Positions 60,201 through 64,000 of a stretch of 64,000 bases of DNA are shown here, one piece after another. The notes beneath the pieces were generated by a model that was not told the DNA's origin, ran no database searches, and saw only the letters and a program-made list of their open reading frames with translations. Each line of letters starts with the position of its first letter. Positions within the stretch are counted from its first letter, which is position 1. The position numbers and the translations under genes are program-made. The DNA is from Eledone cirrhosa (lineage: Eukaryota): NCBI GenBank assembly GCA_964016885.1, contig OZ024742.1, positions 357,740,001 to 357,804,000 of the forward strand, in the 5' to 3' direction.

Positions 60201-63200
60201 TTCAAAAACGTGTTAGGTATGGACCCTTCTTTCTAACCTGTCAACTGTGGTAGGTATGGCCCCTTCCTTCTTACCTATCAAATGTTGTATGTATGGCCCG
60301 TTCCTTCAGACCTATCAAATATGGTAGGTATGGCCCCTTCCTTCAGACCTATCAAAGGTGGTAAGTATGGCCCCTTCCTTCTGACCTATAAAAGGTGGTA
60401 GGTAAGGCCCCTGCCTTCAGACCTATCAAATATGGTATGTATGGCCCCTTCCTTCAGACATATCAAAGGTGGTAGGTATGGCCCCTTGCTTAAGACCTAT
60501 CAAAGGTGGTAGGTAAGGCCCCTTCCTTCAGACCTATCACAGGTGGTAGGTATGGCTCCTTCCTTCAGACCTTTCAAATATGGTAGGTATGGCCCCGTCC
60601 TTCAGACCTATCAAATGTAGTAGGTATGGCCCCGTCCTTCAGACCTTTCAAATGTGTTAGGTATGACCCCATCCTTCAGACCTTTCAAATGTGGTAGGTA
60701 TGGCCCCTTCCTTCAGACCTCTCAAATGTGTTAGGTATGGCCCCATCCTTCAGACCTTTCAAACATGGTAGGTATGGCCCCATCCTTCAGACCTTTCAAA
60801 TATGGTAGGTATGGCCCCTTCCTCAGACCTATCAAAGGTGGTAGGTATGGCCCCTTCATTCAGACCTTTCAAATGTAGTAGGTAAGGCCCCTTCCTTCAG
60901 ACCTATCAAAGGTGGTAGGTATGGCCCCTTCCTTCAGACCTATCAAAGGTGGTAGGTACGGCCCCTTCCTTCAGACCTATCAAAGGTGGTAGGTAAGGCG
61001 CCTTCATTCAGACCTATCAAATCTGGTATGTATGGCCCCTTCCTTCAGACCTATGAAAGGTGGTAGGTATGGCTCCTTCCTTCAGACCATTCAAATGTGT
61101 TAGGTATGTCCCATCCTTCAGACCTTTCAAATGTAGTAGGTTTGGCCCCTTCCTTCAGACCTGTCAAATGTGTTAGGTATGGCTCCATCCTTCAGACCTT
61201 TCAAATATGGTAGGTATAGCCCCTTCCTTCAGATCTATCAATTATGGTACGTATGGCCCCTATATTCAGACATATCAAAGGTGGTAGGTGTGGCCCCCCG
61301 CACTCAGACCTATCAAATGTGGTTTGTATGGCCCAATCCTTCAGACCTATCAAATGTGGTAGGTATGGCCCCTTCCTTCAGACCTATCAAATGTGCTATG
61401 GTATAGCCCCTTCCTTATGACGTATCAAATGTGGTAGGTATGGTCCCTTCCTTCAGACCTATCAAAGTTGGTGGGTAAGGCCCCTTCCTTCAAACCTATC
61501 AAAGGTGGTAGGTATGACCCCATCCTTCAGACCTTTCAAAAATGTGTTAGGTATGGACCCTTCTTTCTAACCTGTCAACTGTGGTAGGTATGGCCCCTTC
61601 CTTCTTACCTATCAAATGTTGTAAATATGGCCCGTTCTTTTAGACCTATCAAATATGGTATGTATGGCTCCATCCTTCAGACCTATCAAAGGCGGTAGGT
61701 ATGGCCCCTTCCTTCAGACTTATGATAGGTGGTAGGTATGGCGCCTTCCTTCAGGACTTTCAAATGTGTTAGGTATGGCCCCATCCTTCAGACCTTTCAA
61801 ATGTGGTAGGTATGGCCCCTTCCTTCAGACCTATCAAAGGTGGTAGATATTGCCCCTTCCTTCAGACCTTTCAAATGTAGTAGGTATGGCCCCATCCTTC
61901 AGACCTTTCAAATATGGTAGGTATAGCCCCTTTCTTCAGATCTATCAATTATGGTAGGTATGGCCCCTATATTCAGACCTATCAAAGGCGGTAGTTATGG
62001 CCCCTTCTTTCATACCTATAAAATGTAGTAGGTATGGCCCCTACCTTCAAACCTATCAAATGTAGTAGGTATGGCCCCTTCCTTCAGACCTATCAAAGGT
62101 GGTAGGTGTGGCCCCTTCCTTCATACCTTTCAATTGTGGTAGGTATGGCTCAATCCTTCAGACCTTTCAATTGTGGTAGGTATGGCTCCATCCTTCAGAC
62201 CTATGAAAGGTGGTTTTTATGGCCCCTTCCTTCAGACCTATCAAAGGTGGTAGGTATGGCGCCTTCCTTCAGACCTTTCAAATGTGGTAAGTATGGCTCC
62301 TTCCTTCAGACCTATCAAAGGTGTTAGGTATGGCCCCTTCCTTCAGACCTATCAAAGGTGGTAGGTATGGCGCCTTCCTTCAGACATATCAAAGGTGGTA
62401 GGTATGGCCCCTTCCTTCAGACCTTTCAAATGTGGTAGGTATGGCCCCTTCCTTCAGACCTATCAAAGGTGGTAGGTATGGCCCCTTCCTTCAGACCTTT
62501 CAAATGTGTTAAGTATGGCCCATTCCTTCAGACCTATCAAATGTAGTAGGTATGACCCCTTCCTTTAGACCTATCAAATGTGGTAGGTATGGCCCAATCC
62601 TTCAGACCTATCAAATGTGGTAGGTATGGCCCCTTCCTTCAGACCTATCAAATGTACTAGGTATGGCCCCTTCCTTCAGACCTATCAAATGTGGTAGGTA
62701 CGCCCCCTTCCTTCAGACGCATCAAAGTTGGTGGGTATGGCCCCTTCCTTCAAACCTATCAAATGTGGTAGGTATGGCCCCATCCCTCAGACCTATCAAG
62801 TGTGTTAGGTATGGCCCCTTCTTTCTGACCTGTCAACTGTGGTAGGTATGGCCCCTTCCTTCTGACCTATCAAATGTTGTAGGTATGGCCCCTTCTTTTA
62901 GACCTATCAAAGGTGGTAGTTATGGCCCGTTCCTTCAGACCAATCAAATATGGTAGGTATGGCCCCTCCTTCAGACCTATCAAAGGTGGCAGGTATGGCC
63001 CCTTCCTTCAGACCTATAAAAGGTGGTAGGTAAGGCCCCTTGCTTCAGACCTATCAAATGTGGTAGGTATGGCCCCTTGCTTCATACCTATCAAATATGG
63101 TAGGTATAGCCCCTTCCTTCAGATCTAACAATTATGGTAGGTATGGCCCCTATATTCAGACCTATCAAAGGCGGTAGTTATGGCCCCTTCTTTCAGACCT

Positions 63201-64000
63201 ACAAAATGTAGTAGGTATGGCCCCTACCTTCAAACCTATCAAATGTAGTAGGTATGGCCCCTTCCTTCAAACCTATTAAAGGTGGTAGGTATGGCCCCTT
63301 CCTTCAGACGTTTGAAATGCGGTAGGTATGGCCCCTTCCTTGAGACCATTCAAATGTGGTAGGTATGGCCCCTTCCTTCAGACCTATCAAAGGTGCTATG
63401 TAAGGCCCCTTCCTTCAGACCTATCAAATCTGGTATGTATGGCCCCTTCCTTCAGACCTATGAAAGGTGGTTGGTAGGGCCCCTTCCTTCAGACCTATCA
63501 AAGGCGGTAGGTATGGCCCCTTCCTTCAGACCTATCAAATGTAGTAGGTATGGCCCCTACCTTCAAACCTATCAAATGTAGTAGGTATGGCCCCTTCCTT
63601 CACACCTGTCAAAGATGGTAGGTATGGCCGCTTCCTTTAGACCTTACAAATGTGGTAGGTATGGTCCCTTCCTTCAGACCTATCAAAGGTGGTAGTTATG
63701 GCCCCTTCCTTCAGACCTTTCAAATATGGTAGGTATGGCTCCTTACTTCAGACCTATCAAAGGTGGTAGGTATGGCACATTTCTTCAGACCTATCAGAGG
63801 TGGTAGGTATGGCCCCTTCCTTCTAACCTTTCAAATGTGTTAGGTATGGCCCCACCATTCAGACCTTTCAAATGTGGTAGGTATGGCCCCTTCCTTCAGA
63901 CCTGTCAAATATGGTAGGTATAGCCCCTTCCTTCAGATCTATCAATTATGGTAGGTATGGCCCCTATATTCAGACCTATCAAAGGCGGTAGGTATGGCCC
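54280..64000. repeat. Satellite B: 37-bp tandem repeat, >9.7 kb, runs off the window
   Basis: Consensus GGTAGGTATGGCCCCTTCCTTCAGACCT(A/T)TCAAA(G/T)GT. Successive GGTAGG starts at 54305 and 54342 give the 37-bp period. Confidence 0.98.

Noticed and set aside
24938-64000. CRISPR-like arrays (37-42-bp periodicity)
   Set aside because: Monomers are contiguous with no unique spacers, there are no cas genes, and the context is eukaryotic.
54280-64000. Hammerhead ribozyme in satellite B (minus-strand CTGAAGG and GAAA variants)
   Set aside because: The core would be CUGAAGG rather than CUGANGA, and I could not build stems I-III in the right order.

Overview
Eukaryotic, repeat-dominated DNA with no recognisable intact host gene. 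The tRNA-derived SINE and LINE types resemble, from memory, those of octopus/coleoid cephalopods; this was not verified. Bases 1-24.9 kb are a nested transposon graveyard. It holds a 5'-truncated CR1-clade LINE (-) and a Tx1/L1-clade LINE (+) that sits in a (TATC)/(TC) microsatellite, lacks its endonuclease and is split by an internally deleted Gypsy LTR element. It also holds a 400-bp palindrome carrying a Penelope-type hammerhead-ribozyme-like motif, RTE and CRE-clade fragments, several SINEs, and hAT, Tc1/mariner and piggyBac MITEs. Bases 24.9-53.8 kb are a 42-bp satellite with kb-scale higher-order duplications. Bases 54.3-64 kb are a different 37-bp satellite. Candidate minus-strand exons abut the edges of both arrays, so the arrays may be giant introns of a host gene; this is inference only. 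All alignments were done by eye and coordinates of decayed elements are approximate.
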